This document shows positions 1 through 14,500 of a DNA stretch of 64,000 nucleotides, piece by piece (the stretch's first letter is position 1; each line of letters starts with the position of its first letter). The notes under the pieces were generated by a model. That model was not told the origin of the DNA. It made no database searches and was given only the letters and a program-made list of their open reading frames with translations. The translations under genes and the position numbers were made by a program. This DNA comes from the human T2T-CHM13v2.0 reference genome, Homo sapiens. The stretch is from NCBI RefSeq assembly GCF_009914755.1, contig NC_060925.1; one strand, given 5' to 3'.

Positions 1-1230
<1,230 letters not shown>

Positions 1231-2009
1231 TCACATTGTACACCACAAGTATATATAATTGTAATTTGTCAATTATACCTTAATAAATCTGAATAAAGAA
1301 TAAAGTGTAATTTGAACCAAACATTTGTAGAACCATTTAAACGAGTAGTTTGGCCTCCATTGTATTGGAGTAAAGTGTAAGATTATTATGGTCTCAGGTA
1401 GGACCTTTACCAGGGTGGGCTTCAGAGGGCCTCCCTGCTTTGATCAGGTAAATGTCTGCCTGGCTGAGGGCTTTTTGCCTCCCAGGAGCTCAGCTTTTGT
1501 CTGCCCAGAATTAAATTTAGCTGACACAGAGCAGGTCCTGCATGTCTGTGGCAGTAGCTTCCCCTGGTCAGGAATGATCAGAAAGGTCTCAAGTGGAAGC
1601 TGCTCACTGTCCCAAGATTCTACACAGTTCCTATCCAGTAAGGATTGCACACCCCTCACCTAGAACTTTTCTATCCAGCTCTGTGAAGGGCTGCCCTAGT
1701 CTTTCAGGTTCCCTGTAGTCAGGATTTTTAAGCCCCCATTCAACCCCTGTTTACTGCCTCAGAGTCTCTATGCTTATACTCTGGTTTTAATAATTATGTT
1801 CAACTTTAAAATAACTTTTGGGACTGGGAGGCCAACACAAAATCAGACCACCAGGAATCCTTCTCATTCCCATTTGTGTGTTCCTTCATGTGAGGCCTTT
1901 TATTTTTTTTTTTTTTATGTCCAGCATTTTCATATTTGTAGATGTCTCAGGTTTACTGGGCTTGGGAGGCTCCATTTGTTAGGAAAATTATGGCAATGAG
2001 TGGATCACC

Positions 2010-2232
2010 TTTTTTTTTTTTTTTTTCTTAAGACAGGATCTCACTCTGTTGCTCAGACTGGAGTGCGGTGGTGCCATCATAGTTCACTGGAGCCTCAAAC
2101 TCCTGGGCTTAAGCAATCCTCTTGCCTTAGGCTCCCAACTAGCTGATACTGCAGGCACATGCCACCATGCTCTACAAATTAAAAAAAAAAAAATTGTAGA
2201 GACAGGACCTTGCCATGTTGCCCATGCTAGAA
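2010..2232 (-). mobile_element. AluJ-type, partial
   Basis: Poly-T, then agacaggatctcactctgttgc...agcctcaaactcctgggcttaagcaatcc. Confidence 0.85.
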
Positions 2233-2749
2233 TCAATTTTTCTAATGTTCTGAATTAAGGGTTTATAAGTCTGTCAGGATGTCCCGCCATATTTGCAATT
2301 CTGCCCTATTTGCAATTCTAGAGAAAAAAAAACACACATTTTCGTCAGACTTATCCATGCACATATTGGTGTGACGGACCAATAGGGCTGAATTTTTTTT
2401 CATGCCCAGTGTAGTATGAATATTGTGACTGTCTTTTATCCTACACAATCATTGTTTGCCAGTCTCCATAAGGGATTCTTCATTCTCCATCCAACACTTG
2501 CAGGGTGATGTTCCCTGAACTTCCAGCCATAGATCTTTTCCTTTCATATTTGATATTCTTTCTCAGGGTTACCACATCTATTGTTATACTTCTGCTGATT
2601 ATTCCCAACCACCTTTAGCTATGACTCTGGAGTCACAATATGACTCCAATCTACCTTTTCAAAGTTATTCCACCAAACTTCTTTACATTTCTTACAAACT
2701 GGCCAAATTCAATGTTCTTGGCTCTCCCTATGCCTCCATAAAGGTGAAT

Positions 2750-3470
2750 TTGATGTAAGGCCCTTATTTCCAAGGAGCTTATCACTTAATGAAAAAATAT
2801 TAAAAAGCATATCCTTTTTTTAAAATGTAAAAAAATAGGACATGTGGTTCCAGGAGTCCAAAAGAGGTGCTTGCAGAGGAAAATCAGAGAACATTCACGC
2901 AGGAGCTGATCTTGAAGGATGGGTAAGATTCAGAAATGCAGTGATGCAGAGAAATGCATTCCATGCAGAGCAAAATGCAAAGGTAGAATGGAGTAAAAAG
3001 TGTACAGAGAAGAGAGTGGTTTTGTTTGCCTGACATTGGAAAGGTAGATTGAAAAAAACTCAGGAAGGGCTTTGATGTACAGGCTTAATTTGAATTTTAT
3101 TCCAGGTGATGTAAATACTTCTATGATTTTAGAACAGAGCAATGACATTATTAGAACCCTGTTCCTGAATATTCAGCCTGCCACCACCATATGAGATTAG
3201 GGAACAGTAGGGGGAAGAAAAGGGAGAAATTTCTGAGTTAGGGGAGTGACAGTGGGTATGGAGAGTTAGAAAGGATATGAGGTAGAATTTTCAGGGCAGG
3301 GAAGACGAAGGGCCCATAATAAGCTTCAGGTTTGAGCCTGAGTGATTGGGAGGCTCAGGGTACTATAAACAGTATAGAGAAAAGAAAACAGAGGGGCAGA
3401 GGGAATAAATTTAGGGCATGTTGGAGCTGATGCGATCTCTGGGAAACTCAGGTGGAGACTCCTACTCACA
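2750..3470 (-). mobile_element. L2 remnant
   Basis: Purine-rich L2-type phrases (gagctgatcttgaaggatgggtaag; gggcatgttggagctga); boundaries approximate. Confidence 0.55.
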
Positions 3471-5529
3471 TCATCATCTCAACCTTAGTGTTTTGAACTC
3501 CAGGGTCAGGTCGGTCTGGTTCCCTTCCCTACTCCTCTCAGCTAGGAAAAGCCTACTTTGGTGCCCAGGCTTGTGTGACTTGAGGGAGTAAATACTTCAG
3601 CAGCTCCCCCTGACCTTCATGCTGTGGGTCGGTCGGTCTAGGGATGATTATGAGAACCTTGCAGGCTCACTCTGGCTTCTGTGCTCTACCTCACAGGACT
3701 AGCTTTTGATTGTCTCCGAAAATTATTGTCCCCTTTCTGAGGCTCTGACACAGTCACCTGGGACAAAAACCCCTGCCCAAAGTCTTGTGCTGGGGTCCTA
3801 ATATCTATGGACAAAACCTAGAGGATGAAAACTCATCCTTAAAGATAACTGTGGTTTTCTAACTGTTCCATCAGCCTAGGTGACACCTTGTGGTTTCTGA
3901 TTATTGACCATTTTTAAGCCCAGTAGGGTTGGCTCAACTCTTCTTCCTGCAAGGCCCAGTCCCCATGCCTGTATCATCCTCATAAATGGACCCTGGCCCT
4001 CTCTCCACTTCCAAGTGCTACCTCAGGTTCAACACCACACTATGCCAGGAACTCAGAAAGTGAGCTGACCAGCAGGTGGTCACACTCCACCTTGCACTTA
4101 CTTGGGGTTTTTGATGGAAGCATCTTGCATCCTGCCTCTTGGGTTTTCAACAATCCCATAATTTTTCACCTCTGAGCCTACCCTGGTTGTAGATAACCCA
4201 CCACTGGACACCTGACCTTTTTGCTACACTGGAGGGCTCAAGACTGCTGCTGTTCATATCTCCTGTCTTAGATGACGTTTCTGCTAGTTGCATCTTGGTT
4301 CTAACAGTGCCATCATCTAATTCCATGAGAGCTTCCTTTGCATTTATGGTTTGAGGTTTGCAGAAATAAAACAAAATTGGAGGGAGGTCTGGGAGAATCC
4401 AGGTCCTCCATGACTGATTTAGTCAAACATCTTTAGTCACCTTCTTCTCATTCTGAAGACTTCACATAATTAAAACTTTTCCCGGCCAAACACTAAATAA
4501 ATTTTACACATGCTGCTTGAATCACTGTGCAAGCATTCTATGAATTACTGTGGATTTCTCAGAGATTAATGTCTCTCTAAAACTATTCCTCTGGGTAGGC
4601 TGAAGCCAGCAGCTGTGGAAACTGAAGATTTGCCTTATCCAATGAAGCTTTAGGACAGGGCTGCCTTTCACATTTCTCAGATATACTGCCTATTTGGAAA
4701 ATATTAACACTCTTGGCAACTATGAGCTCCTCAAATATTCCAGTTTTTCAAAAATTTGAAATGGAAAAGGTAATTGTACATATTTAGATCAGAAATTGCT
4801 TGGAGTTGCTGGGATTTATTATAAAGGCTTTTATTCATATGTTTTAATTAAACTTACATTTTTAAAACACATACAAATATATTATTATGAAGTATATGAG
4901 AAAAAAAGAAAAGCTTTCTCTCTACAATTTATTTTTAAGACCAGAACTTAAGAAATGAGAGGCACACCACCGAGGTGGCTGCCAGTGTCAGGCAAGGGTT
5001 TGGCAGAGAACAACCTAAGACAGGACCAACCACTGACAGATTCTACTATAGGAGCAAGAGGAAGTTTCAGGGAAGAGAAGGCAATGACCTACAGAATCAT
5101 GACCTAAATAAATGGTGGTGGTTTAAGCCTTTAGATTATAGGTTAGTTTATTTTGTTCCAAATGGTAATTGATACGTAAGTAGAGTTAGATCCTTTTAGA
5201 AATCTTTCCCAGCAAACTTTCAAGTAAAGATGGTGGATTGAGCAAACACATCTGCTTTCATCTTCTCTTTGTCCCCAGTAAACTCAGAGTAAATGATAAT
5301 TTTAGAAGTGCATAAATCCACAAGGATAGGAATCAAGTATAAGAAGGATAGACAAGATAAAAAATGTTGGAAGCTGGAAAGCAAATAGTATAGGACAAAA
5401 GATTGAAACAGGTATATATATTTGTCACACCTCATGAAACTGTGAACTTAAAAGATGAGCATTTTCTTTATGTAAATTATTTAAGTTTATTTGGAAAAAA
5501 AATCATAGTGATATTAAATATAATTTTTC

Positions 5530-5874
<345 letters not shown>

Positions 5875-5986
5875 TAAACATGATGTTGACATTTGTTTTG
5901 AGATAAATACATTGTATTAAGAAAGTATTTTTCTAGTCTTATTTAATAAGAAGTATATGTTGAACTTATGACATTCATTTGAACAT

Positions 5987-6360
5987 TGCTATGGTCTGAA
6001 TTGTATTTCCCTAAAATTTACATATTGAAGCCGTAACCTGAAGTGTAACAATATTTGGATATCGGGCCTTTGGGAGATAATAAGGTTTAGATGAGGTTTG
6101 AGGGTAGGGCCAACATGATGGAATTAGTGCCCTTATAAGAAGATGCACCAGAGAACTTTCTCACTCCCCTCCACTCCTGCCCATCCTGTGAGAACACAGT
6201 GAGAAGGTGGCCATCTGCAATCCAGAAGACAGCCCAGAAATAAACTATGCTAGCACCTTGATTTTGGACTTCTAGACTTCAGAACTGTGGGAAAGTTAAT
6301 TTCTATTGTTTAAGCCACCAAGTTATGGTCTTTTGTGGCAGCCCAAGATGACTAAGATAA
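5987..6360 (+). mobile_element. MaLR solo LTR (MLT1A/B-like)
   Basis: Starts tgctatggtctgaattgt; contains gcccttataagaaga and gactt...cagaactgtg; ends gactaagata. Confidence 0.8.
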
Positions 6361-7449
6361 AAATCTAAAGGGCTAATTATTTGAACTTTATTATTTGATT
6401 AATTATATATATTTATATGTTGCCCAAAATGAACTATTTCTAAATTCTTTGCAATATGTGAAAATAGATTGTGTTTATTCAAACTAGAGGGAAAAGTACA
6501 TCATGTTTTGTTGAACTGCAAAGAAAATTCAGGAAATTTTTCCTGATGACTGTGAACATTCACTTAAAATACATTTTTTTTTTTACATCTTTAAAATTAT
6601 ACATATAGTTACTTTCATTTCTGGCAACATGGTACACACTCCATATCCTGGGGGGGTGGGGAAAGGCCCCATAAAAAACACCTATTATGCTGGATAAAAT
6701 GAAGTGAACAACAATCATCTAAACTTGTAAAAAAGTAATTGTAACTCTCAGGATTCAAAAAACAAAAATGCAGCTGAAAGCCAAAGTGGTAAACTCATGT
6801 TAAGAATGCAACATCTGCAAGGTGTTTGCCAGTACTGATAATCTCAAGACGGTATTTAATGGTAACAGGGAAAAGGAGAGATAAGCTGTGCATTCAGGTT
6901 TTAGGTCAAGATAAAATCCCATCCCACTATAATGCTGAGATCCTAAAAAGATTAGGTTCAAAATGAAATTGGAGACTGGAAATAATCTATCTTTGACAAA
7001 AGTTGGTGCTTGGGACATTTAACAATTTTGGAGTAATTGCTGGCTAGGAAAAGCATTCCCCTTAAGAGTTGATAACCACAATTCTTCCCTCAAGTTTGAA
7101 GTTTAGACTTAAATCACCTGCCTATCCAGAAAATACTAAGGCAACAAACCAATCTAAAACAAGCCTTTGATTGATAGCATCCCAGAGTACCTCGAAGAAG
7201 CAAACACAAATGCTGTCAGGAGGGACTCACCCTTAAACTAGGAGTTACAAGATTTTAACAGTGTAAGACTACCAAATGTAAGCTCATGATTTCAAATCCC
7301 AGAAACATACAGGGAAACAAGAGCCATGAATGGGAAACAGGAGAAACCACAATAGCAGAACTAGACTTCCAAAAACCTTAAGACAGTGATTTCTCAGATA
7401 AAGTAAACTATGTAAATCCCCAAAACATTTTTTTTTATTTCTTACTATA

Positions 7450-8057
7450 ATTTTTTTAATTTTATTATTATTATACTTTAAGTTTTGGGGTACATGTGCA
7501 CAACGTGCAGGTTTGTTGCATATGTATACATGTGCCATGTTGGTGTGCTGCACCCAGTAACTCGTCATTTAACATTAGGTATATCTCCTAATGCTATCCC
7601 TCCCCCCTCCCCCTCCCCACAACAGGCCCCGGTGTGTGATGTTCCCCTTCCTGTGTCCATGTGTTCTCATTGTTCAATTCCCACCTATAAGAGAGAACAT
7701 GCGGTGTTTGGTTTTCTGTCCTTGCGATAGTTTGCTGAGAATGATGGTTTCCAGCTTCATCCATGTCCCTACAAAGGACATGAACTCATCATTTTTTATG
7801 GTTGCATAGTATTCCATGGTGTATATGTGCCACATTTTCTTAATCCAGTCTATCATTGTTGGACATTTGGGTTGGTTCCAAGTCTTTGCTATTGTGAATA
7901 GTGCCGCAATAAATATACTTGTGCATGTGTCTTTATAGCAGCATGTTTTATAATCCTTTGGGTATATACCCAGTAATGGGATGGCTGGGTCAAATGGTAT
8001 TTCTAGTTCTAGATCCCTGAGGAATCGCCACACTGACTTCCACAATGGTTGAACTAG
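7450..8057 (-). mobile_element. L1PA4/5-like 3' fragment
   Basis: ttattatactttaagtttt...tacatgtgcacaacgtgcagg 3' UTR; ORF 7674-8063 is the L1 ORF2 C-terminus (WNQPKCPTMIDWIKKMWHIYTMEYY). Confidence 0.93.
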
Positions 8058-10160
8058 AATCAATTCTTAAGTAATTATTTACTGGCCATATCCTCCACCC
8101 TGTCATCTCTTAGGTTAAAAGGACTACTGACTCAAACTCTGCCTCTTGAGTTCATGGTTCACCACTTCCAGCCTGGTGACTTGGTGCTGATTAAAACTTG
8201 GAAAGAAGACAAGCTCCACCCAAGTTGGGAAGCTCCCTATCAAGTGCTCCTGACCACTAAGATGGCTGGATGTGCAAACAGCTGAACAAAGGTGGACTCA
8301 CTACACTCAAGTCAAGGGACTGGTAAAAGGGACCCCAGAAGGCAAGGAAAAAGACCAGTGGAAAGTGCATGGGTCACCTGAGGAACCCTTAAAGTTAACT
8401 CTTGGAAAAATCTAAAAGGAAAACATGGGCTGGCCCCATTTCTGGAAGTTAATATGGCTGGGATGGGCTACTATACAAAGAGCAGAAGGTCAAAATGGAA
8501 ACTGGCAGGGGACTCTTCCCTACCCAATCAGGTTGGCAATTAATGTGACCAAGACGATGGCACCTCAGAATATAAGATTTGATACCTGCCAGGTTTTAAC
8601 TTGTGGGAATTTAGAAAATCAGAGACAGTTCTCACAGGCAGATAAATATCTTTTCCCTGAACCAAATACAGTTTACAGTAGGGCATCACCCTGCCCCAGC
8701 TGGGATAATGTATGGTGGACTACCCAATTTCAGGGTTGAACAGTAAACATAGAATAGGTAACTCTGAGCTGGAGACCCTTAAAGAATAAACTACATCTGT
8801 CCAAGGGCTCCCTGCCAAATAACTGCCAGAATTTAAAATGCAATTCTATACTCATCACCATTGACAATCCAGCCATTGTAGACCAAGAACCAAAAGTAGA
8901 ATCTGGGATATATGCATTAGGGGCAGAAATCACAGGGAAAGACCCCCTAGGGTGATTTGTTCTCAAACTAATCAAGAACTCAACCTCCCATTTGCCTGGG
9001 ACTACAACCCCAGACCCTAATAAACACTTTAGTCCACCAAATAATGACCCTAAAAGGGAAAAATATGGTAAAGGATCTAAGGCAAACCTTAGAAATTGAG
9101 ACAGGGTATGGGGATATAAACGCCTGGGTCGAATTGGTCAAATTTTTGGTACAAGCCCTCAACAAGAGTAACTGCTGTGGGATGACCTTGGGCACAGGTG
9201 GTTCCATTTCCCCTAGGATGGAATACCCCTCCTAAGGGACTACACTGTATGTTGGTTCTATACCAGGACAAGGATGCATGCGGAAGTAAGACTTGTAAGA
9301 GTCTGTGATCGCTCTTTCCCACATTCCAGAGCTCAGATCCCAGAGCAATATCCTTGTTCTCTATAGGGAATATGAACCACTTCTCTTGCCTCTCTAGGCA
9401 GGAGGAAGAGTTCAATAATCCTGTGGGAGAACTCTCAACTTCTGCCTACATCCTAAACATCACTGGTGAGTCAAGCAATGGCAATTACTCAGCTCTCCAT
9501 ACACCCCGGGCTGATGTCTGGTGGTATTGTGGGAAATGGAACCTCTGTAACCTGTTACCATCCAATGGGACTAGGACTTGTGCTTTAGTCCAATTGGCCA
9601 TTCCCTTCACCCTGGCATTCCATAAGATACCCAAAAATACACATGGCCACTGACACCAGAGAGATTTGACAAATTCTTTTAATCCCAATACATATGTTAA
9701 CTCAATTGGAGTCCCTAGAGGTGTGCCTAATGAATTTAGGCCTAAAACCAAATAGCTGCTGGGTTTTAGGACTCTTCTGATGGTCAACTATTAATAAGAA
9801 TGTGAAAATGGAAAATGGAAAAAATGGAAAGGCATGGTAGCTTTAATCCTTACATCTCTCATAATTGTGGCAGGAGTCTTAACAGCAGTGGGATGTTGTA
9901 TTACCCCTTGTGTGAGGGGACTAGCACAAAGATTAATTAAAACAGCTGTTAATAAACAAATGCCCATAACTTACCAGCAAGATAACCTACTACTATTAGA
10001 AACTGAATTAAACTCACTCTCCTATGGAAAAAAAAAGTAAATGACTTCTAGAACAATTCAAGGACCAAAAAGGCTTAAATGAAAATGAGACCAAAGGAAG
10101 TAAATAGAAAAGAGTTAATAGAAAAAAAAAGAGTTAATAGTAAATAGAAAAAATAGAAAA
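8058..10160 (+). mobile_element. HERV-I/HERV-IP-class pol (integrase end)-env fragment, defective, no LTRs visible
   Basis: FQPGDLVLIKTW...WEAPYQVLLTT integrase C-terminus; env from 8425 (MGWPHFWKLIWLG), ETGYGDINAW, PRADVWWYCG, CALVQLAIPFTLAF, GVPRGVPNEF and TM anchor MVALILTSLIIVAGVL; multiple stops. Confidence 0.85.
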
Positions 10161-10184
10161 GGGCAAAGTTATATGTCACCATTT

Positions 10185-10646
10185 TAAGGGAAGAGACCAC
10201 CCCTCATATTGTCTTATGCCCAATTTCTGCCCCCAAAGAAAGAAGAAGTAAAAACTAAAAGGCAGAAATGAAATCCACAGGCAGACAGCCCAGCGCTGTG
10301 CCCTGGGCCTGGTAGTTAAAAGATCGACCCTGGCCTAACTGGTTATGTTATCTATAGATTCCAGACATTGTATGGAAAAGCATTGTAAAAATCCCTGTCC
10401 TGTTCTGTTTCATTCTGATTACCAGTGCATGCAGCCCCCACTCACGTACCCCCTGCTTGCTCAATTGATCATGACCCCCTCATGCAGACCCCCTTAGAGT
10501 TGTGAGCCCTTAAAAGGGACAGGAATTGCTCACTCAGGGAGCTCAGCTCTTGAGACAGGAGACTTGCCGATGCTCCCAGCCAAATAAACCCCTTCCTTCT
10601 TTAACTCGGTGTCTGAGGAGTTTTGTCTGCGGCTCATCCTGCTATA
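10185..10646 (+). repeat. 5' LTR2
   Basis: taagggaagagaccacccctcatattgtc ... aataaacccc ... cctgctata. Confidence 0.9.
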
Positions 10647-10651
10647 TTTCT

Positions 10652-10669
10652 TGGTTCCCTGACTGGCAA
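10652..10669 (+). other. Primer-binding site, tRNA-Glu type
   Basis: tggttccctgactggcaa just after the LTR, close to tggttccctgaccgggaa. Confidence 0.85.
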
Positions 10670-10927
10670 ATGAGGTGATGTCAGATGGTCAAGGCAGCTT
10701 CTTAAGTGGCTTAAGCCTGCCTTGTGGAACATCCCTGCGGGGGACTTCAACCAGCCCAAGAAATGCAGATCCTGAGAGCGCTCCCGGGTAGGCATTTGCC
10801 CCAGTGGGACGCCTCACAAGAGCATTGTGTGGCAGGCACCCGTGGGGGATCAACGCAGTGGCTGAACACCAGGAAGGAACTGGTACTTGGAGTCCGGACA
10901 TCTGAAACTTGGTAAAACTAGTCTTTG

Positions 10928-11180
10928 GAACTCACCTACTCTGTTTTAGTGGAAGTGTGGCCTCATCACCCACAGTGTGCCTTTATCGGCACTTTGGTTT
11001 CATTTTGGTTTTGGTTTTGACTTGGTTTGAATTTCTTGATAGGACTGGTCTTGGGAAGTTGCCCACTCCATTTGAGTGGAAGCGTGGCCTGATCACCCAC
11101 GGCATGTCTTTATCAGCACTTTGGTTTTGGTTTTTGTTTTGACTTGGTTTGAATTGCTTGACAGGACTGGTCTTGGGAAC
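10928..11180 (+). repeat. ~125-bp tandem duplication in the proviral leader
   Basis: Two copies of ...agtggaag(t/c)gtggcct...cactttggttt...gacttggtttgaatt...aggactggtcttgggaa. Confidence 0.85.
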
Positions 11181-11256
11181 CGTGTGCCCTTTTTACCTGT
11201 TCTTTGTTTTGTGGTGTGTGTGTGATGTGAGCGTGGTGTTTTGTCTCGAAGAAGCA

Positions 11257-11550
11257 TGAGTCAGGCACAAATAAGCCCACCCTACTAGGAACTATGTTGA
11301 AAAATTTCAAAAAAGGATTTAAGGGAAACTGTGGAGTACTATGACACCAGGAAAACTTAAAACTTTGTGTAAGATAGACTGGCCAGCATTAGAGGTGGGT
11401 TGGCCTTCAAAAGGGAGCCTGGACAGGTCCCTTGTTTCAAAGGTATGGCACAAGGTAACCTGTAAGGCAGGGCACCCAGACCAGTTCCTGTACATAGACA
11501 CTTGGTTACAGCTGGTTTTAGACCCCCCACCCCGAACACACAGTGGTTGA
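11257..11550 (+). pseudogene. HERV-E-type gag matrix remnant
   Basis: TPGKLKTLCKIDWPALEVGWPSKGSLD...GHPDQFLYIDTW is a gammaretroviral MA motif; followed by a GA-rich tract at ~11590-11790. Confidence 0.85.
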
Positions 11551-14500
11551 GAGAACAGCAGCATAAGCAGCTGGCAGAGGCTAGGAAAGACCAGCAGAGA
11601 GAGAGAAAGGAAAGAGACAGAGAGGAAAAGAGGCAAAGAGAGAGAGGAAGAGTCAGAGAGGAAGAGACAGACAAAGAGGGAGTCGAGGAGAGAGAGAGAA
11701 AAAAAAAGAAACAGAAAGACAGAGAGAGAGAGGAAGAGACGGGCAAAAGGAAAGTCAAAGAGAGACAAAGAGAAAAAAAAAGAGAGAGATATACAAGTAG
11801 TTAAGAAAAGAACAGTGTACCCTATTCCTTTAAAAGCCAAGGTAAATTTAAAACCTGTAATTGATAATTGAAGGTATTCTCTGTAACCCTATAACACTCC
11901 AATACCACTTTGTTGTCAGTGTAAACAAGGGCATATCCTGAAAGCACTGAGGCCTTCCTATCAAAAATCCTTAACCCAGTAACCCACAGATGGCCCAAAT
12001 CCATTCAATCTGTAGCGGCAACTACTTTGCTAACAAAAAAGAGTAAAAAAAAAAAAAAAACTTTTAGAGGAAACCTCATTGTGAGCATGCCTCACCAGTT
12101 CAGAAATATCCTAAAAAAAAAAAAAAAAAAAAAAAAAGGGGGAGGGAGAAATTTATGTAAAAAGAGTATTATATGGTAAATTCTTGTCCTGAAATAAATT
12201 AACTGGTTCTTTAAAGAAAGAAATATTTGTAATAAGTCAGAAAGTTGAGGCATGTCGAAGAATTGTCTGAGAAAGTCGTGAAAGAAAAAAACGTTATAAA
12301 AAAAGAATTAATGCAAGAAATGTTGTATAATTTAAAAGTAACTAGGCCTCCTGAATGTAAAACTAAAAAAACAACAGCAGCAACAAAAACACTTTATGTG
12401 CAAGGTGTATTAAGAAAGTAAAATATACCTTTGGCAAAAGAATTATAAGGGCATAAGAATATAAATTTTTACCTACATTAAAAGGTTAAAAATATGTATA
12501 CTTTGTTTTAAAGGTTTAATCAAGTTTTAAAATGTTAATTGAAAAGAAAATTCTGTGTGTAAACATTGGCTAAAATTAAAGAGGTATCATCCAGATTTTC
12601 TGTAAACTGGACATTAAAATAAAAGCATAGCAGGTTTTTCTTAAAACACCAACCTGCTGTTTAGCAAAAATTATAAAAGTTAAAAAGAGTCTATAAAATC
12701 TTACCTTATGGTCAAACATTAAAAATTAGATAAATATCTCTACAATGTTTTCTTAAAATTAGGTTTAACATTAATAACACACTAATATAAAGGTAAAATT
12801 TAGCTTATCTGGTATAAAAATCATACAAAGAGCATTGTTAGATGTAAAATGGTATTTGGCTTTCTTTGATTTAAAAACTAATAAAAATAGGTGCTGAAGG
12901 AAATTTCTCAGTAAAAAGGCACTAAGGACTATAGATTCCACTGCCAAGGTCCCCACATTTAAAACAAAAGGTCAATTTCTTTAAAATTATATACCTGGTT
13001 TATCTTCCACTTTCCTTTCCCTCAAAAACTAAAAGTCTTTTAGCACATGTATCACCCCTAGAATTTCCGGTAAACCAGCACCAGCCTGAAAATCACATTC
13101 TTATCAAAAGGTGAAAAGAAAGAAAACTCAAGCCAGCCTAGGAAGGACCCTACTTTGTGCTGCTAACCTCTGAGACTGCTGTTCATACAGTGAAAACAGG
13201 ATGGACTCATCACAACCGAGTCAAGAAAGCGCCATCCCCTCCAGAGTCGTGGGCCATAGTCCCAGGGGAAAACCCTACCAAACTAAAGCTAAGAAAAATG
13301 TAACTCTTTTCATCTATTCTATTAGTCTTTCTTCTTTCCTCATTCTATTGCTGACCCTCTAGTTATTAACATAACCAAGTCAATTTTGCCTCAAACTATT
13401 GCATTTAATGCTTGCCTTGTTATACCCTGTGGAGACTTGCAAGTCAAAGACAGCTTTCTACTTCAGAAAAGTACTTCTGTCCCTCCTGACCCTCCTCAGA
13501 CTGGGCATTAGTAAACTAGGACCATTTAATCTGGGGAGATTTCGATAAAGACCCCAGTGCCAACCAGGAGTCTTGCCCCCGATGTAGAGCTTTCATGCCA
13601 TAGTTGGTCCAACATTCTGTGGACGACTAAAGAGCAAGGATGGACTGCCCCAACTGGTTTTTGTAATTTCCTAAAACCATACATTCATTTTACTAGAGGA
13701 TCATAGAAGTTAAAGACTTAAAACAAACTTTAGCAATTAAGACAGGATACCAAGATGCAAATGCCTGGTTAAAATGGATCAAATATTCCATCTGCACATT
13801 AAACAAAAGCAATTGTTACGCTTGTGCACATGGCAGGCCAGAGGCCCAGATTGTCCCCCTTCCACTAAGGTGGTCCTCCAGTCGACCAGGCGTAGGCTGC
13901 ATGGTAGCTCTTTTCCAGGATTCTACAGCCTGGAGTAAAGTCATGCCAAGCTCTCTCTGCTATATCCTGAAGTCCAGCACCCTGCAGGTCAGCCCCCCGA
14001 GGGCCAACCAGCTTCCATCTCCCAACACTAAGTTCACTTTGTGTCTCTTACAACAAGGAGAAAACTTAGCATTCCTTGGAGACCTGAAGGAATGCGATGA
14101 GCTTAAGAATGTTCAAGAGCTTATCAATCAGTCTGCCCTTGTTCATCCCCGAGTGGATGTGTGGTGGTATTGTGGTGGACCTTTACTGGGCACTCTGCCA
14201 AATAACTAGAGTGGCACTTGTGCTTTAGTCCATTTGGCTATCCCTTTCACCCTGGCATTTCCTCAACCAGAGGGAGAAGAAATAAGACATCGTAAAGCGA
14301 GAGAAGCCCCTTATGCGTCTTTCAACTCTCACATCTATTTGGATGCAATTGGAGCCCCACAAAGAAAGCCAGATCAATTTAAAGCTTGAAATCAAATAGC
14401 TACAGGATTTAGGTCAATATTTTAGTGGGTGACAGTTAATAAAAATTAGATTAGATAAACTACATCTATTACAACCCACAGCAACAAGCGTTTCATGAGT

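Noticed and set aside
4147-4374. 75-aa minus-strand ORF in apparently unique sequence
   Set aside because: No recognisable domain or exon structure; cannot be supported without a homology search.
11319-11840. Long hydrophobic/charged ORFs
   Set aside because: Translation of a GA/CT low-complexity tract within the Harlequin provirus.
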